35,689 nt of DNA, taken from a virus. Lineage: Duplodnaviria > Caudoviricetes. Made by a program: the position numbers and the translations under genes. The DNA lies in the IMG/VR virus record IMGVR_UViG_3300043443_000316, positions 1-35,689 of that record; one strand, 5' to 3'. The notes under the pieces were generated by a model. The model saw nothing but the letters and a program-made list of their open reading frames with translations, was not told the DNA's origin and ran no database searches. Of this stretch, positions 25,591-33,041 are shown piece by piece. How positions within the stretch are numbered: the first letter of the stretch is position 1; every line of letters begins with the position of its first letter.

Positions 25591-25937
25591 ACAACTGTCC
25601 CTATTGCGGATCCAGTTTGCGTTATGACTGCCCTGTCGAGTGGCGGTGCGGGAGTGTGAGCGATGTGTATCGAAGCAGGGATTGCTTGGTGTTGGAGATT
25701 GGCCTGCTGAAGGAATGCGTGAAGAAAGAACGCGACCAACTCCGCGCCCAGCTTGAAACGCTGAAAGCCGAGCGCAACGCGGCCGGAATGCGCGAGCGGA
25801 ACGGCATGTTGGTCATCGTGGAAAAGTGGAAAGCCTACGCGGAGCGGCTGGAGGAGGCGGGGGATTTGATGCACTGGTACTGCGCGGACCCGGATGCGGT
25901 TGATGTTTGGAACCAAGCCAAGGAGGCCAAGCCATGA
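25587..25937 (+). CDS. Array gene 2: Cys-motif domain, coiled coil and shared tail
   Basis: AAGGAGG SD with ATGA overlap; shares 21-23 nt identical blocks with gene 1. Confidence 0.7.
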   Translation: MNNCPYCGSSLRYDCPVEWRCGSVSDVYRSRDCLVLEIGLLKECVKKERDQLRAQLETLKAERNAAGMRERNGMLVIVEKWKAYAERLEEAGDLMHWYCADPDAVDVWNQAKEAKP

Positions 25938-26230
25938 GCGACGGACTTACACCGCGTGTTAGGTGCGCGATTTTCCGTGTCACCGGCCAAGTTCCAACGG
26001 GAAACGAAACTGTCGTGGCCGGGGTGGCATGCCAACTTGAGCGCGAGCTGCAGGACGCGAATCGACGAGTTGAGGAGCTGGAAGAGTACGCGAGGAAGTT
26101 GGAGGAGGCGGGCAATCGGATGTACGTGCTCTTGGATCCTGCGAGTATTTGCATGAGGACGACGGAGATGGACAACGCGTTGCAGGGTTGGGATGACGCG
26201 AAGATTGGCGGAAAGGAGGCGAAGCTGTGA
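25934..26230 (+). CDS. Array gene 3: TPR...QLEREL coiled coil and shared tail
   Basis: SD with ATGA overlap; LEEAGN...W..AK..KEAKL. Confidence 0.65.
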   Translation: MSDGLTPRVRCAIFRVTGQVPTGNETVVAGVACQLERELQDANRRVEELEEYARKLEEAGNRMYVLLDPASICMRTTEMDNALQGWDDAKIGGKEAKL

Positions 26231-26607
26231 ACCCGCAAAACGAAGCATACGAGCGTTTCTGCAAGTCTGTCGGAGATATGTCTAAAGAGAACGAGCGATT
26301 GAAGGCGCAAATTGAAATGATGCGAGGAACGCCTCCTCCAACATGGGAGCAGACGTGCTTGAAGCTATCGTCTGATCTTGCTGATTCGCGAAAGCACGTC
26401 ATTGAGCTTGAGAGCCGTCTAAGAGCCTTGTGGGACAAGTACGATGGTGATCGGAAATACTATATGGATCGGATCAACAGGCTGGAGAAGGCGGGCGATG
26501 CGCTCAAGGATGAGGCGTGGCCAACCATGTTTGATGACGACGCGAGCCGGAAGCGGAGCATGGACTCGATCGACGCATGGATCGCAGCCAAGGAGTCAAA
26601 CCCATGA
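26227..26607 (+). CDS. Array gene 4: coiled coil and shared tail
   Basis: SD with GTGA overlap; RLEKAGDA...W.AAKESNP. Confidence 0.65.
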   Translation: MNPQNEAYERFCKSVGDMSKENERLKAQIEMMRGTPPPTWEQTCLKLSSDLADSRKHVIELESRLRALWDKYDGDRKYYMDRINRLEKAGDALKDEAWPTMFDDDASRKRSMDSIDAWIAAKESNP

Positions 26608-26837
26608 CCATCCGCACCGAGATCGCTGGAAATCCCTGCATTCTCACTTTCCCCGACGAGGGTGGTCAGACCCGCATCCGAGGGCGGGTGTGGCGTTGGG
26701 AGTACATCCACGGGATGTTTGGCCTGCTCCGCAAAGACGGTGAGCCGATGAGCATGAGTGCATGGCCTGGGGAGAAGCATCCGTTATGGCGGGCTGTCCG
26801 GCGGTGGGAACAGAAGCACAGAAAGGGTAAGCGATGA
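26604..26837 (+). CDS. Hypothetical Trp-rich protein
   Basis: AAGGAG SD with ATGA overlap. Confidence 0.55.
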   Translation: MTIRTEIAGNPCILTFPDEGGQTRIRGRVWRWEYIHGMFGLLRKDGEPMSMSAWPGEKHPLWRAVRRWEQKHRKGKR

Positions 26838-27145
26838 ACAACACGATGAGCATTGAGGAGGCCCAAGAGCGGATCCGACTACTCATCGCCGAGCGAGACA
26901 GCGCACGTCAGCAGGCGGCCCAGAACTGGAAGCTGCGGGAGGAGTTCGTTGCGCTGCTTGGCACGGATGATGTGAAGGAAGCGGTGCGTAGGCTGAAGCT
27001 CATGAAGGCGGCATTGGAGTGCGTGGTTCCGTGCTGCGACTATCTGCACCACAAGAAGGCGCACCAACATGCTAGTGGAGGGAAGTGCATTCCCGAAGAG
27101 CTGGTTCGGATGGCGAAACGGATTTCAACAACACAAACCAAATGA
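26834..27145 (+). CDS. Hypothetical coiled-coil protein with Cys/His tail
   Basis: Coupled overlaps on both sides. Confidence 0.55.
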   Translation: MNNTMSIEEAQERIRLLIAERDSARQQAAQNWKLREEFVALLGTDDVKEAVRRLKLMKAALECVVPCCDYLHHKKAHQHASGGKCIPEELVRMAKRISTTQTK

Positions 27146-27720
27146 ACATGAGAACACTGATGGCAATGATGGTGGCCTACTCAACGCAGGCCGCGACGGT
27201 GGTTCACACCGTGACGATCAACCCAACGCTGACGGATTGGTCGGTAACGAATCGGGTCCCGCAGTTTGATGGGCGACTCGGCAAGCTGCGCTCCGTCCAG
27301 GTGACGGTGGATGGGTCGAGCGATGCGTTGGCGCGGGTGGTATTCAGCCGGGTGATCCGGCAGCCCGCGTATGAGTTGGCGGTGACCAACGCGGCGTCTG
27401 TGTCGGCTGGCGGATTGGTGGCATCGAGCGTTGTGGTTGGGACGTACACCGGAGTGGCGGTATCCAACGCGACGAATCTGGTCAGCTTCCCGGTGGTGCT
27501 GGCAGGTACGGCATCCACCAATCGCAATCTGTCCGCGTGGATTGGTGCTGGCACGGTGCCGGTGGTTACGCAGGCCAGTGCGCGGACGTGGTACAGCGGT
27601 CCGGGTGATTACTCGTTGGCGTGGCGCACGGCAGCGAGCGCGGTGGCTACTGTGGCCTACACGTTTGATGGACGCTGTGAGGACGACAAGGACTCTGACA
27701 AGGACAAGGACGGACGATGA
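27142..27720 (+). CDS. Secreted choice-of-anchor-E-like beta-sandwich protein
   Basis: Signal peptide ending TQA-A; TDWS....PQFD..LG.L.SV motif; ends V.YT.. then an acidic/Lys tail. Confidence 0.6.
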   Translation: MNMRTLMAMMVAYSTQAATVVHTVTINPTLTDWSVTNRVPQFDGRLGKLRSVQVTVDGSSDALARVVFSRVIRQPAYELAVTNAASVSAGGLVASSVVVGTYTGVAVSNATNLVSFPVVLAGTASTNRNLSAWIGAGTVPVVTQASARTWYSGPGDYSLAWRTAASAVATVAYTFDGRCEDDKDSDKDKDGR

Positions 27721-27863
27721 GCAAGACCTGCGAGTTCTGCGGAGCCTGCGTCGCGACCATCGCCGCCTCGTTTGCGGACTATGAGTGCGGGACGACGTGG
27801 TGTCAGATCGATGGCTGGGAACGATCCATGCGATGCCGAGAGGCCGCGAAAGGAGATCAGTGA
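27717..27863 (+). CDS. 48-aa Cys-motif protein (not in ORF track)
   Basis: MSKTCEFCG...YECGT...RSMRC; ATGA and GTGA overlaps with both neighbours. Confidence 0.6.
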   Translation: MSKTCEFCGACVATIAASFADYECGTTWCQIDGWERSMRCREAAKGDQ

Positions 27864-28297
27864 AATCCCTATCCGTCTTTGTCCCTGGGCTGCCCGTTGG
27901 CCAACCAAGACCTCGCGCCACGTCCTTTGGTGGGCGTGCGCGGATGTACGATCCCGGCACCAGCAACGAATGGAAGGCTTGCGTGATCCATGCGGTGCGC
28001 GGGAATGCTGGACTGTTCCCCGCGGGCATCCCGGTGCGGTGTGATCTGACGTTCTATCTGCCGAGGCCCAAGGCTCACTACGGGAGCGGCAAGAACGCCA
28101 ACGTGTTGAAGGGATCGGCTCCAACGCGGCCTACCGGGAAGCCGGATCGGGACAACTTGGAGAAGGCGGTTCTCGACGCACTCACGTCCGCCGGGATCTG
28201 GCACGATGATTCGCAGGTAACGGATGGGCGGCTGCGGAAGCGGTATGCCACCGTGAACACGGGATGTGAGATCAGAATCACGGAGGATCTAGAATGA
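27860..28297 (+). CDS. rusA: RusA-like Holliday junction resolvase
   Basis: VPGLPVGQPRPR, KPDRDNLEKAVLDAL and W.DDSQV motifs. Confidence 0.9.
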   Translation: MKSLSVFVPGLPVGQPRPRATSFGGRARMYDPGTSNEWKACVIHAVRGNAGLFPAGIPVRCDLTFYLPRPKAHYGSGKNANVLKGSAPTRPTGKPDRDNLEKAVLDALTSAGIWHDDSQVTDGRLRKRYATVNTGCEIRITEDLE

Positions 28298-28473
28298 ACG
28301 ACACCATCAAAATTCAGGAGTTTGCCGTTAAGGAAATCGGGGCAATTGACCGCATGAAATTCAACCAGGCGTTCCGCAAGTTTCTTGAGCGTCACGGTCA
28401 GCACGAGGAGATTGCCGTGATGGATAGGATGAGCGGACGCAACAGAAGAAAAGCCGGTAAAACCAAGAAGTAG
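28294..28473 (+). CDS. 59-aa basic hypothetical protein (not in ORF track)
   Basis: GGAGG SD, ATGA overlap, fills the gap up to ssb. Confidence 0.55.
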   Translation: MNDTIKIQEFAVKEIGAIDRMKFNQAFRKFLERHGQHEEIAVMDRMSGRNRRKAGKTKK

Positions 28474-28475
28474 TT

Positions 28476-28895
28476 ATGAACATCAACAAATGCATCATCG
28501 CGGGAAATGTGACCCGCGACCCGGAACTCAATCACACGACTGCGGGCAAGAGCGTGATCAACTTCACCGTCGCGACCACTGAGCGATGGAAGAGCGAAAC
28601 CGGAGAACAGAAAGAGCACACGGAGTTCATCGAGTGCCGGTCGTGGAGCAAGCAGGCTGAGGTCATTGCCAAGTATTTCAGGAAGGGATCGAGGATCTAC
28701 ATTGAGGGTAAGCTTCGAACCGAGAAGTGGGAAAAGGACGGCCAGAAGCGCCAGAAGATCATCGTCGAGGTTGCTGCTTTTGAGTTCATTGACCGCAAGG
28801 ACGACCATCCCTCCAGAAGCTCGGCACCCGCTCCGCAAGCTTCCGCAAAGCCTGCGAGACAAGCGCCGGACACTTCAGACGACGTGCCATTCTGA
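28476..28895 (+). CDS. ssb: Single-stranded DNA-binding protein
   Basis: INKCIIAGNVTRDPEL, KGSRIYIEGKLRT and C-terminal DDVPF. Confidence 0.95.
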   Translation: MNINKCIIAGNVTRDPELNHTTAGKSVINFTVATTERWKSETGEQKEHTEFIECRSWSKQAEVIAKYFRKGSRIYIEGKLRTEKWEKDGQKRQKIIVEVAAFEFIDRKDDHPSRSSAPAPQASAKPARQAPDTSDDVPF

Positions 28896-28898
28896 CCT

Positions 28899-31088
28899 AT
28901 GAGCTACGATCAATTCATTGATACTAAACGCAAAACACACAAGCCGTGCGGATTTGATCCGGATCCGTTTATCGTTCCGCTGTTTGACTGGCAGAAAGTG
29001 ATCGTCACATGGGCGGTTCGGCTCGGTCGCGCTGCGCTGTTCGAGGATTGCGGCCTTGGGAAAACTGCGCAGCAGCTTGAATGGGCAAGTCAGGTGTTCA
29101 GGAAGACGGGCAAGTCGGTTCTGATCCTCACGCCTCTCGCAGTCGCGGAGCAGACCGTTTCAGAAGCTTCCAAGTTTGGCGTGCCGTGCCTCTTGGTTGA
29201 GTCTGAGGACGAGATCCTGACCGCTGGAGTCTACGTGACCAACTACGAGAAGCTCGACGCCTTCTCTAGCCACGAGTTTGCCGGGGTTGTCCTGGACGAA
29301 TCCAGCATCCTGAAATCATTCACCGGGAAGACGCGCAGGCAATTAACTCACCGCTTCTCATCAACTCCATATCGGCTTTGCTGCACGGCTACGCCGTCGC
29401 CGAACGACTACACGGAGTTAGGCCAGCACGCTGAGTTCCTTGGGGTGTGCACGCCTGCGCAGATGCTTTGCACGTTCTTCATCAACGACACGTTCAACAC
29501 CGGGGATTGGAGGCTGAAAAAGCATGCCGAGTCGGAGTTTTGGAAGTGGCTCGCCTCGTGGGCGGCGTGCATCGCGAAGCCTTCGGACATTGGATTTAGT
29601 GACGACGGATACGACCTTCCAAATCTCAATCTTGAGACAGTCATGGTTGACGTGGACGAGGGTAAAGACAGAGGGGAAGACCTGTTCCGAATCGCCACGC
29701 TCTCCGCGACAACCATGCACCGGGAAATGCGCCTCACTTCGGACGCAAGGGCGTCAGCGGTTGCGGAAATGGTCAACGGATCCGTCGAGCAGTGGGTTGT
29801 ATGGTGCAACACCAACGACGAGGCGGACGCCTTGGCTGCAAAAATTCCGGCCGCTGTCGAAGTGCGCGGATCGGACACCGCAAAGGCCAAGCGATCAGCA
29901 TTGTCGGAGTTCCTAGTTGGATCCGCTCGCGTAATTATCACCAAGCCATCAATCGCAGGCTTCGGACTCAACTGGCAGCACTGCAAGAACGTCGCCTTCG
30001 TCGGCCTGTCCTACTCATTTGAGGACTTTTACCAAGCGCTTAGGAGAACATATCGGTTCGGCCAGAAGCGGGAGGTAAACGCATACATCGTCCAAGCGAG
30101 GACCGAGGGCGCAATTCTTCGAGCCATTCAGACCAAGATGAAGCAACACGCGGATATGCAAAAGAACATGAAAAATGCAGCTTTGGAACTCAGATTGATC
30201 AAGAGCAAGGACGCTCCAGAAAAGACGGACATCGACGTATACAAAGGTGACGGGTGGGAGGTTCACCACGGGGATTGCGTCAGGGTGGCAAAAACAATCC
30301 CTGATGCGTCCATCGGGATGGCGGTTTTTTCGCCTCCATTCGCGGACCTGTTCACATACTCGTCAGACCTTCAGGACATGGGCAACTGCGAGAGCATGGA
30401 CGAGTTTATGAAGCAGTTCGATTTCCTGATCGCCGAGATCGCCCGGATCATGAAGCCAGGTCGCGAGGTGTGCGTTCACTGCGTCGACCTGATCTCTACC
30501 AAGTGGAAGCATGGGCGCATCGAGCTTCAGGACTTCTCAGGCGCGATCGTGAGAGCTTTCTGGCTTCACGGCTTTTTGTTCCATTCCCGAATCACGATCT
30601 GGAAGAGCCCGGTCACGGAAATGCAGCGGACCAAGGCGCACGGCCTGCTCTACAAGACACTCTGCGCCGACTCGTCGGATTCACGGGTAGGAGTGCCGGA
30701 CTACCTACTCGTGTTCCGCGCTCCTGGAAAATGCGAAGAACCGGTCACAAAGGACCGATCCAAGTACCCGGTCGACTGGTGGCAGGAGGTTGCAAGCCCT
30801 GTATGGATGACGGTGGATCAAAGCCGAGTTTTGAACGGCGAGGGCGCAAGGGACCACCGCGACGAAAGGCACATCTGCCCGCTTCAACTGGACGTAATCG
30901 AACGGGCCGTTGAGCTGTGGAGTAACCCTGGGGATCTGGTTTACAGTCCGTTTACCGGTATCGGCTCCGAGGGATACGGAGCCGTCAAACTTGGAAGGCG
31001 ATTCATTGGGTCGGAGTTGAAGGAAAGTTACGTGAATCAGGCGGTGGCGAATCTACAAAACGCAACGAGCCAGCTGGCATTGTTTTGA
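28899..31088 (+). CDS. Fused SNF2-like helicase and N4/N6 DNA methyltransferase
   Basis: CGLGKT, LDESS, TATP and QALRRTYRFGQ helicase motifs; SPPF catalytic motif followed by PFTGIGS SAM-binding motif (beta-class order). Confidence 0.88.
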   Translation: MSYDQFIDTKRKTHKPCGFDPDPFIVPLFDWQKVIVTWAVRLGRAALFEDCGLGKTAQQLEWASQVFRKTGKSVLILTPLAVAEQTVSEASKFGVPCLLVESEDEILTAGVYVTNYEKLDAFSSHEFAGVVLDESSILKSFTGKTRRQLTHRFSSTPYRLCCTATPSPNDYTELGQHAEFLGVCTPAQMLCTFFINDTFNTGDWRLKKHAESEFWKWLASWAACIAKPSDIGFSDDGYDLPNLNLETVMVDVDEGKDRGEDLFRIATLSATTMHREMRLTSDARASAVAEMVNGSVEQWVVWCNTNDEADALAAKIPAAVEVRGSDTAKAKRSALSEFLVGSARVIITKPSIAGFGLNWQHCKNVAFVGLSYSFEDFYQALRRTYRFGQKREVNAYIVQARTEGAILRAIQTKMKQHADMQKNMKNAALELRLIKSKDAPEKTDIDVYKGDGWEVHHGDCVRVAKTIPDASIGMAVFSPPFADLFTYSSDLQDMGNCESMDEFMKQFDFLIAEIARIMKPGREVCVHCVDLISTKWKHGRIELQDFSGAIVRAFWLHGFLFHSRITIWKSPVTEMQRTKAHGLLYKTLCADSSDSRVGVPDYLLVFRAPGKCEEPVTKDRSKYPVDWWQEVASPVWMTVDQSRVLNGEGARDHRDERHICPLQLDVIERAVELWSNPGDLVYSPFTGIGSEGYGAVKLGRRFIGSELKESYVNQAVANLQNATSQLALF

Positions 31089-31091
31089 CCT

Positions 31092-31319
31092 ATGAGAACA
31101 CGCATTACACACCCGAATCTTAAGTTCGTGCCGATCCGCGAAAGCCAGGCGGAAAAGGTGTACCAGCGGTACTACCAAAAGCCGATGAAGATCAGTCGCA
31201 ATGAAGCATTGGAAGCCGCTAACAACCGCGAGATCTACCACAACGCGGCAGCCATCGCGGCCGCCGCAGTGAGGTCCGGTTTGCTTAAGATGCCGACCAA
31301 ACGAAAGGACATCGTGTGA
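31092..31319 (+). CDS. Hypothetical basic protein
   Basis: ORF coupled to the next gene. Confidence 0.5.
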   Translation: MRTRITHPNLKFVPIRESQAEKVYQRYYQKPMKISRNEALEAANNREIYHNAAAIAAAAVRSGLLKMPTKRKDIV

Positions 31320-31732
31320 AGACATTTGATCTGCCATCGCAAGAGTACATCCGCCGCGTTACGCGATGGGCGCAGCCGCTGCCAGAGGTCAAACCGCAGG
31401 AGCCTGCAAAGCTGCATCCGCTCAAGGGCAAGCCCAAGGCGTCCACGATCACGCCAGCAGAGGTGCATGAGATGCGACGCCTGAAGATGTCCGGGATGCT
31501 CAACAAGGAGATCGCGGAGAAGATGGGGCGCTCCTACACGGCGGTTCAGGTGATCGTGACGGACATTACGAAGGCGACGCGCAACGAGGCCGATCAGAAG
31601 CGAGCAATCATCCGGCAACTGCGAGACCGGGGGGCGACCTACCGGGAGATCACGAAGGCCACGGGAGCAGGCAAGACGGCGATCCAGTGGGCGGTGAATA
31701 AGCCTGTGAGGTTGGCAAGGAAAGCGCGGTAA
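31316..31732 (+). CDS. Tandem-HTH DNA-binding protein
   Basis: Two HTH patterns: GMLNKEIAEKMGRSYTAV and GATYREITKATGAGKTAI. Confidence 0.7.
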   Translation: MKTFDLPSQEYIRRVTRWAQPLPEVKPQEPAKLHPLKGKPKASTITPAEVHEMRRLKMSGMLNKEIAEKMGRSYTAVQVIVTDITKATRNEADQKRAIIRQLRDRGATYREITKATGAGKTAIQWAVNKPVRLARKAR

Positions 31733-31787
31733 AAGAAACCCAAAACAAACCACTGGTCAGTCTCAGAAGAATCGCTAGAGAGAAGCC

Positions 31788-31918
31788 GTTGACGCGAGGT
31801 GTGGAAGCTGAGCGTCGGCAACATCAACAAAGCAAATGACACCAGAATTTCCCCAACCCGTCAGAGGTCTCAGCGCGTTCAGCTTTGGCGTGCTCTTCCA
31901 TCCTCTGGCGCGGTTGGG
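31788..31918 (+). ncRNA. P4-CI/P1-C4-like antisense RNA with upstream target hairpin
   Basis: Hairpin 1 loop contains TGGAAGCTG; hairpin 2 (31852-31918) exposes CAGCTT in its loop and CTTCCA in a bulge, both complementary to that loop. Confidence 0.6.
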
Positions 31919-31929
31919 TTTCTGATTTC

Positions 31930-32244
31930 ATGACATACTCAGACAAACTGAAAGATCCGAAGTGGCAGCGGTTCCGGTGTGAGCGATTGGAGGCCGCAAA
32001 TTGGAGGTGCGAACACTGCTGTTCAGACAAGTCGTTCCTCCATATCCATCACATGTTTTACGAACGCGACCGCAACCCGTGGCAGTACCCGCCCGAAGCT
32101 GTCGTGGTTCTCTGCGAGCGATGCCACAAGGAATGGCACGCCAACGAATACACGCTGAAGCTGACGCTGGCCAAAGCCCTGCGACTGGTGCCAGGTAGAA
32201 GACTGCACGTCGTCGCCAAACACCTACTGGAGGGCTGCAGATGA
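31930..32244 (+). CDS. HNH-like Zn-finger protein
   Basis: LKDPKWQR..CEHC..LHIHH..LCERCH. Confidence 0.75.
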   Translation: MTYSDKLKDPKWQRFRCERLEAANWRCEHCCSDKSFLHIHHMFYERDRNPWQYPPEAVVVLCERCHKEWHANEYTLKLTLAKALRLVPGRRLHVVAKHLLEGCR

Positions 32245-33041
32245 TCGTTGAACCAGACTTTCTCGACCATTGGAAGACGCGGATGCTTGTCCGTCTTCTG
32301 AAGGACGAACGGGCACCGATTTACGTGCTCCGACTGTGGGCGCATTGCCAGCAGCGGAAAACCGACCGGTTTACCGACTGGAATCCTGACGTTTTGGCTT
32401 CGGTATGCCGATGGGAAACCGACGGGTTAACCCTGTGGGAAGCCATGGGCAAAACCTTCCTTGAAATCGACGGTGGAAACGTGGTGGTTCACGGCTGGGC
32501 TGAAACCAATGCGTCACTGATTTCAGCATGGGCCAACGGTAAGCTTGGAGGGCGTCCAAAGGCCGTAAACATTGAGCCACAGAAATCCAGCGGAAACCCA
32601 CCGGTTAACCCACCGCAAACCGACCGGGTATCCGATAGAGAAGAGAAGAGAAGAGAAGATAGAGAAGATTGTATTTCCGGCGAGCCGGTCAGGGAGAAGA
32701 AGTCCAAGATTCAAAGGCCACGGAACGAAATCCTCGACGCACTAGTGTCGGCTTGTGGAGGGGATCCGAATCAGACGACCAAGGCCGGATGGGGCCAAGC
32801 TGCATCCGCTTTGGCAGATATCCGCCAAGTGGCCCCGAATGTGACCGTGGACGTGTTGCGCCAGAAAGCCGACGCCTACCGCAAAGCGCATCCTGACTGG
32901 CAGCTTACGACAACCGCGCTGGCCAAGCACTGGGGCACGCTCTCAACCGCAACGACCGCGCATGACGAGTGGATGGCCGCCCAACTGCGGGCAGCCTACG
33001 CCGAGCCTGTCGCGATCAAGAGACCATGGGAGGTCGATTGA
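32241..33041 (+). CDS. Replication initiator-like protein
   Basis: N-terminal wHTH-like DFLDHWKTRML, NGKLGGRP motif, low-complexity linker with repeats; upstream of the primase-helicase. Confidence 0.65.
   Translation: MIVEPDFLDHWKTRMLVRLLKDERAPIYVLRLWAHCQQRKTDRFTDWNPDVLASVCRWETDGLTLWEAMGKTFLEIDGGNVVVHGWAETNASLISAWANGKLGGRPKAVNIEPQKSSGNPPVNPPQTDRVSDREEKRREDREDCISGEPVREKKSKIQRPRNEILDALVSACGGDPNQTTKAGWGQAASALADIRQVAPNVTVDVLRQKADAYRKAHPDWQLTTTALAKHWGTLSTATTAHDEWMAAQLRAAYAEPVAIKRPWEVD
32595..32668. repeat. Iteron-like repeats with an AG-rich tract (putative ori)
   Basis: AACCCACCGGTT, AACCCACCGCA, AACCGACCGGGT in tandem, then (AGAAG)n; related copies at 32360 and 32417. Confidence 0.55.

Noticed and set aside
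25351-26607. CRISPR array or DGR template/variable repeat pair
   Set aside because: Repeats lie inside coding sequence with irregular spacing; no cas operon or reverse transcriptase; differences are not adenine-specific
5143-31094. Alternative genetic code or stop read-through, suggested by in-frame stop-NNN-ATG junctions at 5143, 16005, 16398, 28893 and 31086
   Set aside because: SSB ends in the canonical DDVPF right at its TGA, TGA is used in many ATGA overlaps, and genes are full length in the standard code
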